DNA of 64,000 bases from contig CAXXYE010000002.1 of the NCBI GenBank assembly GCA_963674865.2, positions 32,001-96,000 on the forward strand, written 5' to 3'. A program made the translations under genes and the position numbers. Source of the stretch: Candidatus Hydrogenedentota bacterium. Lineage in GTDB: Bacteria; Hydrogenedentota; Hydrogenedentia; Hydrogenedentales; SLHB01. Below the pieces are notes generated by a model, which saw nothing but the letters and a program-made list of their open reading frames with translations, was not told where the DNA came from and ran no database searches. Below, piece after piece: positions 8,987 through 18,389 of the stretch (within the stretch, counting starts at the first letter, position 1; each line of letters opens with the position of its first letter).

Positions 8987-9900
8987 TGTCGCGCCCTTGC
9001 AGGGCTTGAGGCGTTGTGGCGACGGTTACGCGGCGCGTTGCGCCGGGCTGGTATGCGTCGCCCCTTCAGGGCGGAGAATGGCCCGTGTGCGATGGTGCAG
9101 GAGGGGGGCTGGTGTCCGGGGGGGGGGTGACGCTCAGACTGGGGTAGGCGCTATCGCCCCGTTCGGGGCTGTTGCTGGGACGGGCTGAGTTCCGTGGGCT
9201 CGCTTCGCTCACCCACGGCTACACGCGGGCGCCCCATTCGGGGCGTGGGATTGTTGGGATCTTGTGTGCGTGGGGCTGCGGTGTTCACCCACGGCTACAT
9301 GCGGGCGCCCCTTCGGGGCGGGGGGATGTCCCGTTTGCGATGGTGCAGGAGGGGGGCTGGTGTCCGGGGGGGTGACGCTCAGACTGGGGTAGGCGCTATC
9401 GCCCCGTTCGGGGCTCTTGATGGGGTGGCCGGGTTCCGTGGGCTCGCTTCGCTCACCCACGGCTACATGCGGGCGCCCCTTCGGGGCGTGGGATTGTTGG
9501 GATCTCGTGTGCGTGGGGCTGCGGTGTTCACCCACTCAGACTGGGGTAGGCGCTATCGCCCCGTTCGGGGCTGTTGCTGGGACGGGCTGAGTTCCGTGGG
9601 CTCGCTTCGCTCACCCACGGCTACACGCGGGCGCCCCATTCGGGGCGTGGGATTGTTGGGATCTCGTGTGCGTGGGGTTGCGGTGTTCACCTGCGGCTAC
9701 GTGCGGGCGCCCCATTCGGGGCGTGGGATTGTTGGGATCTTGTGTGCGTGGGTTGCGGTGTTCACCTGCGGCTACGTGCGGGCGCTCTGTTCGGGGCGGG
9801 GGCAGGATTATGCTGCCCCTGATGGGGCTGGACGTCAGGGTGGTGTCGTGAGCTCGGGCTGGCGCCCGGGGCTGGGTTCTTCCGCCGGCCGTGGCGGGCT
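8987..9900. repeat. Mosaic (BIME-like) cluster of REP-like double-hairpin modules
   Basis: Alternating modules ccgtgggctcgcttcgctcacccacgg, cgtggggctgcggtgttcacc and ctcagactggggtaggcgctatc, nearly all ending in a gcccc-loop-ggggc hairpin. Shares modules with 3700-4890. Confidence 0.92.
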
Positions 9901-10412
9901 ATTCAGCGGGAAGTGGGTGCGTTGCGATAGGGAAGCGCGGGGATTTGAGATTTCGGATCTCAGAGGAGCAGATGCGTGGGGCTGGCGTGGTGAAGGCGAG
10001 GGGATTAGAGATCTCGTAGAGGAGGCGGATTCGTGCGCGTGAAGCGGCGGGGAGGAGTTGCTCCTCGATGAGAGCCCCGGTGGCCGGGTTGCCAATTGTG
10101 CCGCGCGTCAAGTCATTGGAAACAAAGACACTGTCGAAATGGCTGGCCTCACCCATCTGGTGAGTCACTTTTGGAAGCCGACGCCACATCCAAGCGCCGT
10201 GTGCGCGGCACCGCTGAGTTATCCGGCGATGTGGGATGAGAGCGTGAGATTCGACTTATTGAGCCGTGCTAGGGCATAATGCGGCATCCCGCCCGTGTCC
10301 AGCGGATAGGCCGTCCGGGTCTTTGGAGAAGTCGTTTTTCAGGTTATTCTGAGCGGCTTCGCCTATTGCCGCGCCAATGAGGACGCGCGTGTGGGCGGGA
10401 CGAGGAAGGATT

Positions 10413-12128
10413 ATGGATAAGGTGAGCAAAGAGAATGTACGGCCGACGCCGGGCCTGGATTTCATCCGGGCGATTGTTGAGGACGACCTCCGAACGAATA
10501 AGTGGGAGGGACGCGTTGTCACGCGTTTCCCACCGGAGCCGAATGGCTATCTGCACATCGGGCACGCGAAGAGCATCTGCCTGAACTTCGGGATCGCCCA
10601 GCAATACGGGGGCGTGTGCCATCTTCGCTTTGATGACTCGAATCCGGTTACCGAGAAGGTGGAGTACGTCGACTCGATCAAGGAGGATGTCCGCTGGCTC
10701 GGGTTCGATTGGGGCGAGCACGAGTACTACGCTTCGGATTATTTCGATCAGCTCTACGAATGGGCAGTTCAGCTTATCAAGGCCGGCAAGGCGTATGTGT
10801 GCGACCTCGATCAGGAGGAGTTCGCGAAGGAGTACCGCGGCACGGTGACGCGGCCGGGCAAGAATAGTCCTTATCGCGAGCGCTCGGTTGAGGAGAACCT
10901 CGACTTGTTTGAGCGTATGCGGGCGGGTGAGTTCGAGGAGGGCGCGCGGGTGCTTCGCGCCAAGATCGACATGGCGCATCACAATATGCTGCTGCGTGAT
11001 CCCGTGATGTATCGCATCCTCAAGGCGCATCATCACCGGACGGGGGACAAGTGGTGCATCTATCCGATGTACGATTTCACGCACGGCCAGTCGGACTCGG
11101 TTGAGAAGATTACGCACTCGATCTGCACGCTTGAGTTCGAGGTGCATCGGCCGCTCTATGACTGGTATTTGGATGAATTGCGTGTTTACCATCCGCAGCA
11201 GATCGAGTTTGCCAAGCTTAACCTGACGTACACGATGACGAGTAAGCGGCGCTGCCTGGCGCTTGTCGAGGAAGGGCGTGTGCGGGGATGGGATGATCCG
11301 CGGATGCCGACGTTGTGCGGGCTGCGGCGGCGGGGCTATACGCCGGAGGCCATTCGTGACTTCTGCGGCCGCATCGGGATGGCGAAGGCCGAGAGCATCA
11401 ACGAGATCGAGCAGCTCGAGCATTGTGTGCGCGAGGATCTCAACAAGCGGGCGTCGCGCGTTATGGCGGTGTTGGATCCGCTCCGGGTGGTGATCGAGAA
11501 TTATCCCGAGGATCAGGTTGAGGAGATGGAGGCCGTCAACAATCCGGAAGACGAGGCCGCGGGCACGCGGAAGGTGCCTTTCTCGCGGGTGATCTACATC
11601 GAGCGCGAGGATTTCATGGAGGACCCGCCGCGGAAGTTCTTCCGGTTGGCGCCGGGCCGCGAGGTGCGCTTGCGGTACGCGTATTTCATCAAGTGTACGG
11701 ACGTGGTGAAGGATGAAAACGGCGAGATCGTCGAGCTTCGCTGCACGTACGATCCGGAGACGCGCGGCGGGAATAATCCGCCCGACGGACGGAAGGTCAA
11801 GGCGACGCTGCATTGGGTTTCGGCGGCGCACGCCATCGACGCCGAGGTCCGGCTCTATGAACGCCTGTTCACACGGGAGAATCCGCTCGATATCGAAGAG
11901 GGCGAGCATTGGATGGACTATCTGAATCCGGATTCATTGGAGATCCTGCCCGCGTGCAAACTGGAGCCGAGTCTGTCCTCGGCCAAGTCCGGCGAGAAGT
12001 ATCAGTTCGAGCGGAAGGGGTATTTCTGCGTCGATCCCGATACCACCGCAGAGAAGCCGGTATTCAATCGTACCGCCACGTTGCGCGATACGTGGGCGCG
12101 TATCCAACAGGCCCAGGCGAAGAAGTAG
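10413..12128 (+). CDS. glnS: Glutaminyl-tRNA synthetase
   Basis: [32 protein letters not shown] (KMSKS equivalent), [28 protein letters not shown] before ATG 10413. Confidence 0.97.
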   Translation: MDKVSKENVRPTPGLDFIRAIVEDDLRTNKWEGRVVTRFPPEPNGYLHIGHAKSICLNFGIAQQYGGVCHLRFDDSNPVTEKVEYVDSIKEDVRWLGFDWGEHEYYASDYFDQLYEWAVQLIKAGKAYVCDLDQEEFAKEYRGTVTRPGKNSPYRERSVEENLDLFERMRAGEFEEGARVLRAKIDMAHHNMLLRDPVMYRILKAHHHRTGDKWCIYPMYDFTHGQSDSVEKITHSICTLEFEVHRPLYDWYLDELRVYHPQQIEFAKLNLTYTMTSKRRCLALVEEGRVRGWDDPRMPTLCGLRRRGYTPEAIRDFCGRIGMAKAESINEIEQLEHCVREDLNKRASRVMAVLDPLRVVIENYPEDQVEEMEAVNNPEDEAAGTRKVPFSRVIYIEREDFMEDPPRKFFRLAPGREVRLRYAYFIKCTDVVKDENGEIVELRCTYDPETRGGNNPPDGRKVKATLHWVSAAHAIDAEVRLYERLFTRENPLDIEEGEHWMDYLNPDSLEILPACKLEPSLSSAKSGEKYQFERKGYFCVDPDTTAEKPVFNRTATLRDTWARIQQAQAKK

Positions 12129-12206
12129 GCCGGCACGGGACAACGAGCATCGGGCCGTAGTGCGGCGGTTGGGTGTGTCATTGTGCTTCTAGGAGAGGAC
12201 TCGTTG

Positions 12207-13142
12207 ATGACAAGGTGTATTCCGCGGCTCGGAGCATGCTGTTTTCCTGTATTCGCGGCGTCAGTCTTTCTTTGCCTTGGGAGCGCTTCGGCGGGCGATT
12301 TCACGCCTGTCGGAGATGAAGCCTATTCTATCCTCAAGGCGATCCATGACTACGACGCGACAATTCCGCTGGAGGCGCGGGTCGTCGAGAAGAAGGAGAA
12401 GGATGACTGCGTCCGGCGGAAAGTGGTGTTTCGCGGTGCGCGTGGCTTTCTCGTGCCTGGCAATCTCGAGATTCCCACGAAGGGTGAAGCGCCTTATCCT
12501 TGCGTGCTGTTGCTTCACGGCTGGTCGGGGTCGAAGGAGAACTGGTGGGACGAGGACAACTACATCAGCGGCGGGCATGTGCGCAAGGCGCTGGTGAAGA
12601 AGGGCTATGCCGTGTTCGCCCTCGATGCGCAGGGACACGGGGATCGCATCGCCGAGAATGACTACCAGGTCGTCAATATCTATAACGAGCCGGACGCGCC
12701 GCCGCGCAAGAATTACTTCACCCTTCGGGATATCGTGCTGCAAACCAACGTCGATTACCGCCGGGGCATCGATTACCTTGAAACAAGGGATGATATCGAC
12801 GCGTCGCGCATCGGCCTGGTGGGCTACAGCATGGGGGGCAACCAAAGCGTCTCGCTGACGGCGGTCGAGCCGCGCATCAAGGTGGCTGTGGGGTGCGTGG
12901 TGCCCGGCACGGCGTTCGACGACATTGTGCTTCTGTCGCACAACTATGCGCGTGGTATCGGGGATCGGCCCTTTCTCATGTTGATGGGCCGTGATGATCC
13001 CTTGTGCAAGGAAGAGCCGGCGCGTGAGCTGTACGGGTTGCTCGAGGGCCCGAACACGAAGCTCGTCTTCTACGATGCGGGCCACAAGCTGCCGTCTCGT
13101 TATGCCAAAGAGGCCGCAGCCTGGATAGCCGAGCATCTTTAG
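12207..13142 (+). CDS. Secreted alpha/beta-fold hydrolase (esterase-like)
   Basis: Signal peptide, LLLHGWSG, GYSMGG nucleophile elbow, GRDD and AGH catalytic Asp/His candidates. Confidence 0.85.
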   Translation: MTRCIPRLGACCFPVFAASVFLCLGSASAGDFTPVGDEAYSILKAIHDYDATIPLEARVVEKKEKDDCVRRKVVFRGARGFLVPGNLEIPTKGEAPYPCVLLLHGWSGSKENWWDEDNYISGGHVRKALVKKGYAVFALDAQGHGDRIAENDYQVVNIYNEPDAPPRKNYFTLRDIVLQTNVDYRRGIDYLETRDDIDASRIGLVGYSMGGNQSVSLTAVEPRIKVAVGCVVPGTAFDDIVLLSHNYARGIGDRPFLMLMGRDDPLCKEEPARELYGLLEGPNTKLVFYDAGHKLPSRYAKEAAAWIAEHL

Positions 13143-13155
13143 TGGCGTGAGTCGC

Positions 13156-13248
13156 GCTGATGGCGTCTTATTCTTGCCGCGAAAAGCAGGGACAGACACG
13201 TCTTCGTCCGCCTGCGGCGGACTCCGCTTGCGTCAGTCCCCGTTTTTT
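13156..13248. repeat. ~95-bp dispersed palindromic element (GGGACAG...CAGTCCC family), possibly terminator-acting
   Basis: gggacagacacgtcttcgtccgcctgcggcggactccgcttgcgtcagtcccc followed by a T-run. Near-identical copy at 47436-47527; related copy at 56041. Confidence 0.85.
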
Positions 13249-13394
13249 GTTTCTTCTTGGCGTTTCCGCGTCTGCGTGGGGCGGGCGTATCGAGGCGGGC
13301 TGTATTCCGGGCTCTTTCTCGTAGTATAGTCTCGCGCTAGGAATCCGGCCAGAAGGGGCGGTCCTAGTGACGGTTGCTCGAGGGGAAGATTACC

Positions 13395-15773
13395 GTGCAG
13401 GTGTTCGTATCTCCGGAAATTGATCGCATTCTGGATGAGGCGGCCAGGTTGAGCGCGCGCCGGGGGCAGTATTTCGTGGGGGTGGAGCATCTCTTCGAGG
13501 TGCTCATGGGCAATCAGACGATGCTGCCTCGGGAGGTTATGGAGCACCGTTTTCGGGCCTTTCAGGCGGCGGCCACCGAGCTGGGGCGCAATCCTTGGCA
13601 GGGCACGATGCCGGCCGTTGGGGCGGAGTGTTTCTACACGCCTCGCTGCGCGGCGCTTATCAATGACGCGGGCCGGTTTGCCAAGCGGCTCGGATGGGCG
13701 AAGCCCGGGGTGGGGCATCTCCTCATGGCGATGTTGGCGGATGCGCACGCGGCGCCGTGCCGCATACTGGATCAGCGGGGCTTCGATCGCGGTGAGTGCA
13801 TCAAGGACCTCCGGCGGGCGCTGTTGAAGAGCCGGCCGGCCGCTTCGCAGGACGCGGGGACATCCGCAGCCGCGCCTGAGGTGAAAGCCCAGCAAGCTCA
13901 GGCGGCCGTTACCACTCAGGATGATCAGGCGGAGAAGGCGCCGTTTTCGCTGGAAAGCATCACGCGGGATCTGACGCAAGCCGCGCGCGCGAAGAAGATC
14001 GAACCGGCGATTGGCAGGGACAAAGAAATCGTCGAGATGCTTCAGATCCTCATGCGGAAGAACAAGAACAACGTGATCCTCGTGGGTGACGCGGGCGTGG
14101 GGAAGACGAAGGTGGTGGAAGGGCTGGCGGTTGCGGCGGCGCGCGGCGGCGTGGGGGAGGTATTGGCGGGATACCGCATTCTGGAGCTGAATCACGCGGC
14201 GCTGATGTCGGGCACGCAGTACCGGGGGGCCTTCGAGGAGAAGGTCATGGCCCTGCTGGAGGAGCTGAAACAGCGCAAGGACGTCATTCTCTTCATCGAT
14301 GAAATTCACTTGATCATGGGTGCGGGGGCCACGGACGGTGGGGCGGTCGATCTGGCCAACCTGTTGAAGCCTGCGTTGGGGCGGGGCGAGTTCCGGTGTA
14401 TCGGCGCGACAACGCTCGACGAGTATCGGAAGTTCATCGAGCGCGACCCGGCCGTCGAGCGGCGCTTCCAGATGGTGCGGCTGAATGAACTCACGGAATC
14501 GGCCACCTACGCGGTGCTCAAAGCGCTCCAGCCTTCGTTGGAATCGCATCATGGTGTGCGGATCAGCAATAAGGCGCTGCTCGCGGCCATCAAGATGACG
14601 CAGCGTTATATGCCGGGCCGCAAACTGCCGGACAAGGCCATCGACGTGCTGGATCAGTGCTGCGCGCGGTACCGGCTGAAGGCGGTGGCGGCGAAGGCGG
14701 TGGCCGGCAAACGGCCCGAATTGGGATCGGCTGTGCGGCCGAGCGCGTCGGGCCGGGCGACGAATGCGGTGTTGCCTCATGACGTGCGCAAGGTGGTGAG
14801 TCTGATTACGGCGATCCCGTTGGAGGAGATCACCGCCGAGGAGCGGCTGCGACTGGGCGATTTGGAGCGGCGGCTCAGGCGGCGGATCGTCGGGCAGGAT
14901 GAGGCGGTGGCGCGTGCGGTGGCGGCGGTGAAGAAGTCGCGCACGGGGCTGGCCGATCCGAACCGGCCGACGGCCGTGCTGTTGTTTCTCGGGCCTTCCG
15001 GCGTGGGCAAGTCGCAACTCGCCAAGGAATTGACGGACACGGTGTTTGGCTCGTCGGATCATCTCTACACGTTCGACATGTCGGAATACGTCGAGGAGCA
15101 TTCGGTCTCGCGGCTGTTGGGCGCCCCGCCGGGTTATGCGGGAAGTGATGAGGAGGGGCGTCTGGCGCGGGCACTTCGGAAGTCGGCGTTCTCGGTGTTG
15201 TTGTTTGACGAGATCGAGAAGGCTCATCCGCGCGTGTTCGATATTCTCTTGCCGATTCTGGATGAGGGGCGGTCGAAGGATTCGCGCGGGCGCGATCTCA
15301 ACTTCAAGAACTGCATTATCATTCTCACGTCGAATGTGGCCGCGGCCACGCTCAGCCGCTCGCGTGGGAAGCAGGCCGGGGCCGTGATCAAAGAGCTGCG
15401 GCAGCATTTCCGGCCGGAGTTCATCAATCGAATCGACGAGATTGTTCCTTTTCATCCGCTGCTTTTCGAGGATATTCGGACGATCCTGCATTTGCATGCC
15501 GAGGATCTTCGCCGGCGGCTGAAGGATCGCGGCGTGGGAGTGCGGATCTACCAGGGAGCGTACGAGCACCTGGCGGAGCAAGGCTATAGCGAGGAATTTG
15601 GGGCGCGCGAACTGCGGCGGGTGTTTGAGCGCCATGTGATCAATCCCGCGAGCGACCTCTTGCTCGATGAGTCGTTCGAGCGAGGAGATGTGATCGAGGC
15701 GCTAATGGAGGATGGGAAACTGGTGATTCGCAAAGGGCAGCGCCAGGAACGGGAAGGAGCGGCGCCTGCATGA
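13395..15773 (+). CDS. Clp/Hsp100 AAA+ ATPase with Clp-N repeats and two NBDs; no M-domain or IGF loop visible
   Basis: [79 protein letters not shown] 13395 follows a GAGGGG RBS. Confidence 0.9.
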   Translation: MQVFVSPEIDRILDEAARLSARRGQYFVGVEHLFEVLMGNQTMLPREVMEHRFRAFQAAATELGRNPWQGTMPAVGAECFYTPRCAALINDAGRFAKRLGWAKPGVGHLLMAMLADAHAAPCRILDQRGFDRGECIKDLRRALLKSRPAASQDAGTSAAAPEVKAQQAQAAVTTQDDQAEKAPFSLESITRDLTQAARAKKIEPAIGRDKEIVEMLQILMRKNKNNVILVGDAGVGKTKVVEGLAVAAARGGVGEVLAGYRILELNHAALMSGTQYRGAFEEKVMALLEELKQRKDVILFIDEIHLIMGAGATDGGAVDLANLLKPALGRGEFRCIGATTLDEYRKFIERDPAVERRFQMVRLNELTESATYAVLKALQPSLESHHGVRISNKALLAAIKMTQRYMPGRKLPDKAIDVLDQCCARYRLKAVAAKAVAGKRPELGSAVRPSASGRATNAVLPHDVRKVVSLITAIPLEEITAEERLRLGDLERRLRRRIVGQDEAVARAVAAVKKSRTGLADPNRPTAVLLFLGPSGVGKSQLAKELTDTVFGSSDHLYTFDMSEYVEEHSVSRLLGAPPGYAGSDEEGRLARALRKSAFSVLLFDEIEKAHPRVFDILLPILDEGRSKDSRGRDLNFKNCIIILTSNVAAATLSRSRGKQAGAVIKELRQHFRPEFINRIDEIVPFHPLLFEDIRTILHLHAEDLRRRLKDRGVGVRIYQGAYEHLAEQGYSEEFGARELRRVFERHVINPASDLLLDESFERGDVIEALMEDGKLVIRKGQRQEREGAAPA

Positions 15774-16372
15774 GGCCATCCGGTTCGCCTGATTGTTTTG
15801 TCGTGGTCAACGGGCCTGAGGACGGCACGGAGTTCCCTGTCACGTCCGCGCCGTTCTACATCGGCCGGGATAGCGGCTGCGCCGTGAACATCCGGCTGGA
15901 CTCGGCCGTGCCGCCGACGGTTGCGCACGTGTCGGCCGTTTCGGGCGGGTACCGGGTGCGAAGCGCCGATGGGGCGGGGGTGTTTGTGGACGGTAGGCGC
16001 GCGGGTACGGTGCGTTCTCGGATGCTTCGCGATGGGGGGATGGTTCGGGTGGGCCACACGGTGCTGGTGCTGGATTGCGCCGCCGATGGGTTGGCGAGTC
16101 GCAGTTGGGGCGTCGGGTCGGAAAGCGATCTCTTGTGGGCGGGCCGGCAAGGCGTCAAGAGTCTTTGCGGGGCGTTCCGATGGATGGTTGGCCTGCTTCT
16201 GAGGATGGCGGGGCCGTTCGCGCGTCGGTGGCGTCGCAGCTTGGTGATCGGCGTCGTTCTCCTATGCCTTGTCTATCCTCGGTTTCGATACACGTTGTAC
16301 GGGCTTTTCCTGAGTCTATACTACCGCGTTGCCCACGCCATCCAGGGCCTTCTCCAGCAGATTCCCCAGTAG
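15770..16372 (+). CDS. FHA-domain protein with C-terminal hydrophobic/TM region
   Basis: VVNGPEDGTEF...FYIGRDSGC...GVFVDGRR...LRDGGMVRVGHT FHA pattern; ATGA overlap with the Clp gene. Confidence 0.75.
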   Translation: MRPSGSPDCFVVVNGPEDGTEFPVTSAPFYIGRDSGCAVNIRLDSAVPPTVAHVSAVSGGYRVRSADGAGVFVDGRRAGTVRSRMLRDGGMVRVGHTVLVLDCAADGLASRSWGVGSESDLLWAGRQGVKSLCGAFRWMVGLLLRMAGPFARRWRRSLVIGVVLLCLVYPRFRYTLYGLFLSLYYRVAHAIQGLLQQIPQ

Positions 16373-16402
16373 AGCAACTTGTCTTCTCAGTCATCGCCAC
16401 TG

Positions 16403-16463
16403 GAGATCTGGGGACACGTAGTCGCGCCGGGGACGGCGCTTGGTACATGTCCCCAGATGTCTC
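16403..16463. repeat. Palindromic GGGGACA...TGTCCCC element between convergent genes
   Basis: atctggggaca (16406) pairs with tgtccccagat (16448); inner gcgccg-ggga-cggcgc stem. A half element tgtgtcccc occurs near 23982. Confidence 0.7.
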
Positions 16464-16585
16464 AGCAGATTCCACAGTAGGGGGCGCATCCTTTGTTAGG
16501 GGACAAGGGCGCCTCACCCATCGGATATGGATAGAGGCGCCCTTGGTATGTGTCTGATCGCACTGGGGTGTTGCGGCCACCGGGG

Positions 16586-17497
16586 TTACTTGCGCATAGC
16601 GAATCCTCTTGGCTCCATGCTGTGGATCGCGAAGCCTGTGGCGCCGAAGGGGAAGGTGTTATCGTTGAAGATGGCCGTTCCGTTGATCTTCTTGTATAGG
16701 TTGTCGAACTTGTTCCATTCAACGTGTCCGTCCATGTAGAGCACGTTGCCGCCGCTGGGCCAGTGGGGGAAGTGCTCCACCATGCCGGCGCAGAGGCCAT
16801 CCCACATGACGGCAATGGATGCTTGCGCCTTGGCGCCGGCGGCCATATCGTTGACGTCCGTGATGAAGTACCTCTGGACCCCCTGCCTGAGGCGGTAGAT
16901 GGTTGTGGGGCCGGTGTAGTCGGCGGGCGGAGCAGGGAATTCCAGGTCCTCGTTCTTCATGTAGGCGCCTCTTTGCATCTGCTCGAGGAGGCCGTCCGTA
17001 TTGGCGTTCGCGCCGGGGCGTATCTTCATGTCCTTGTTGAACACCCAGCCGCAGTACTGATACGGCGCGGAGGTGATTTCGCATCCCTCGACGATCCCGT
17101 TGCCTGTGCCTTCCCATACCGTGCTCCACGTGTCGCCTACGTGTCTATCGTAGCGCCCGATGCCGTCGGTGGCGCCGTACCATGACGGGCAGATCAACGT
17201 GTCGATGTCGTCCAGGTACTCGGGAAACACTTGGCTGCCTTCAAACATGAGGCGCCAGGGGTTGTATTCGCCGGCGCAGGTCCATGTGTGCTGCTGGGGG
17301 TACCTTCCGTGTGATTCGTTGGCGTACATGCTGAAGGCCAATCCCAATTGCCTGAGATTGTTCTGGCAACTGGTACGGCGTGCCGCTTCCCGGGCGCGGC
17401 TGAGCGCGGGCAACAGGATGGCCATCAGTATGCCGATGATGGCAATGACAACAAGCAACTCTATCAAGGTGAAACCGTTCTTGGTTCTATACTTCAT
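16586..17497 (-). CDS. Prepilin-type N-terminal cleavage/methylation protein (DUF1559, H-X9-DG motif)
   Basis: [44 protein letters not shown]-terminal [25 protein letters not shown] before ATG 17497. Confidence 0.93.
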   Translation of the reverse strand: MKYRTKNGFTLIELLVVIAIIGILMAILLPALSRAREAARRTSCQNNLRQLGLAFSMYANESHGRYPQQHTWTCAGEYNPWRLMFEGSQVFPEYLDDIDTLICPSWYGATDGIGRYDRHVGDTWSTVWEGTGNGIVEGCEITSAPYQYCGWVFNKDMKIRPGANANTDGLLEQMQRGAYMKNEDLEFPAPPADYTGPTTIYRLRQGVQRYFITDVNDMAAGAKAQASIAVMWDGLCAGMVEHFPHWPSGGNVLYMDGHVEWNKFDNLYKKINGTAIFNDNTFPFGATGFAIHSMEPRGFAMRK

Positions 17498-17776
17498 GGT
17501 GTAATTCCTTTTCATTTTGGCAACGGCGAAGCGGCCAATATGCCGCCAGGCCGGTGTGGCCGCTCCGTGGAGCGGCGCGTGTCGGTAGCCGGATTGCGTG
17601 CGGTATTCGCTGTGTTTGTGTGCGGCCGCCAACGTGGGTAGCGTCAAATGATTGTGTCGCGCCATATACCTCTACCGCCTGCCGCTCGGGGCCTGTGGCG
17701 GGACTACGGACGGGTTACGGCCGGGCACACCACAGGCACAGCATGGGCTGGTTAGAGAGGGGGTGATGTGGGGTGG

Positions 17777-18052
17777 TTAGCTGAGGGGCGGGGCGCGGGG
17801 CTCGGACTTGAGTGCGAAGCGTCGGCTTATTGGCACTTCGCAGACGGGAATGGGGCCGGCACGGCCTGAGAATAGCCACGCCAGCGAGGCGGCGCTGAGG
17901 CCGAGGAGGAGCGGGGTGTAGATGAGAAGGCAGAACGGGCAGTTCGCGTGATCGTGGCCGTGTTCGTGGCCGAGCAGGACGAGGAGCAGCTCGTGCAGGA
18001 CGGCCGCCATGAACAGGGCCACGAGCACGACGGCCACGACGCGGAGAAGCAT
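17777..18052 (-). CDS. Small His/Cys membrane protein (DUF2946-like)
   Basis: TM, then HEHGHDHANCPFC, then TM, and a C-terminal RAPP; this is the DUF2946-type signature. Confidence 0.75.
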   Translation of the reverse strand: MLLRVVAVVLVALFMAAVLHELLLVLLGHEHGHDHANCPFCLLIYTPLLLGLSAASLAWLFSGRAGPIPVCEVPISRRFALKSEPRAPPLS

Positions 18053-18155
18053 TGCTCCGTCGCATGCGCGTGCGCCGCGGCGTATCCTGACGCCGGCCTT
18101 GGAATTAGGTCCTAACACAAAGCAGCCCTTTACGGTACTCTATCAGCCGCCAAGA

Positions 18156-18184
18156 ATGTTATTGCAGCATATGCGTGATGTCAA
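18156..18184 (-). promoter_or_regulatory. Sigma70-like promoter for the DUF2946-like gene
   Basis: Minus strand TTGACA-N17-TAACAT, overlapped by the imperfect dyad ATGTTAT-T-GCAGCAT. Confidence 0.6.
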
Positions 18185-18389
18185 GCAAGACAGCACGTTC
18201 TGTCCGCACGTTCCGGGCCGGGATAACGAGAGCACTGTGGGCCAATCCAGCAAATTGTATGTTGGGGAGTTACTGACTGCAGCGAGATTCGGTGATTCTC
18301 GCTACGGGAGCATAGGGCACCTTGCAGCCAGAGGCACCAGTAGCGATAATTCTGGATGCATAGGTCAAGTTAAGGCGGGGGTGAATGAG

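Noticed and set aside
9172..10042. ORFs across the second repeat cluster
   Set aside because: Translations of REP-like modules; not credible proteins.
10232..10412. tRNA or T-box upstream of glnS
   Set aside because: No cloverleaf, and no T-box consensus or terminator/antiterminator was discernible.
10344..11909. 521-aa antisense ORF (also 13233-15635, 28068-29390, 51183-52631, 52794-54119)
   Set aside because: Shadow ORFs opposite well-supported genes, expected from high-GC codon bias.
13374..16372. Type VI secretion locus (ClpV + Fha)
   Set aside because: No hcp, vgrG, tssB/C or baseplate/membrane-complex genes nearby; kept only as an orphan module.
17498..17776. Cobalamin or other known riboswitch upstream of the DUF1559 gene
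   Set aside because: No recognisable conserved riboswitch boxes; only generic GC stems.
18009..18389. N-terminal 127 codons of the 526-aa ORF
   Set aside because: Overlaps the divergent DUF2946-like gene and its promoter and looks non-coding; ATG 18390 preferred.
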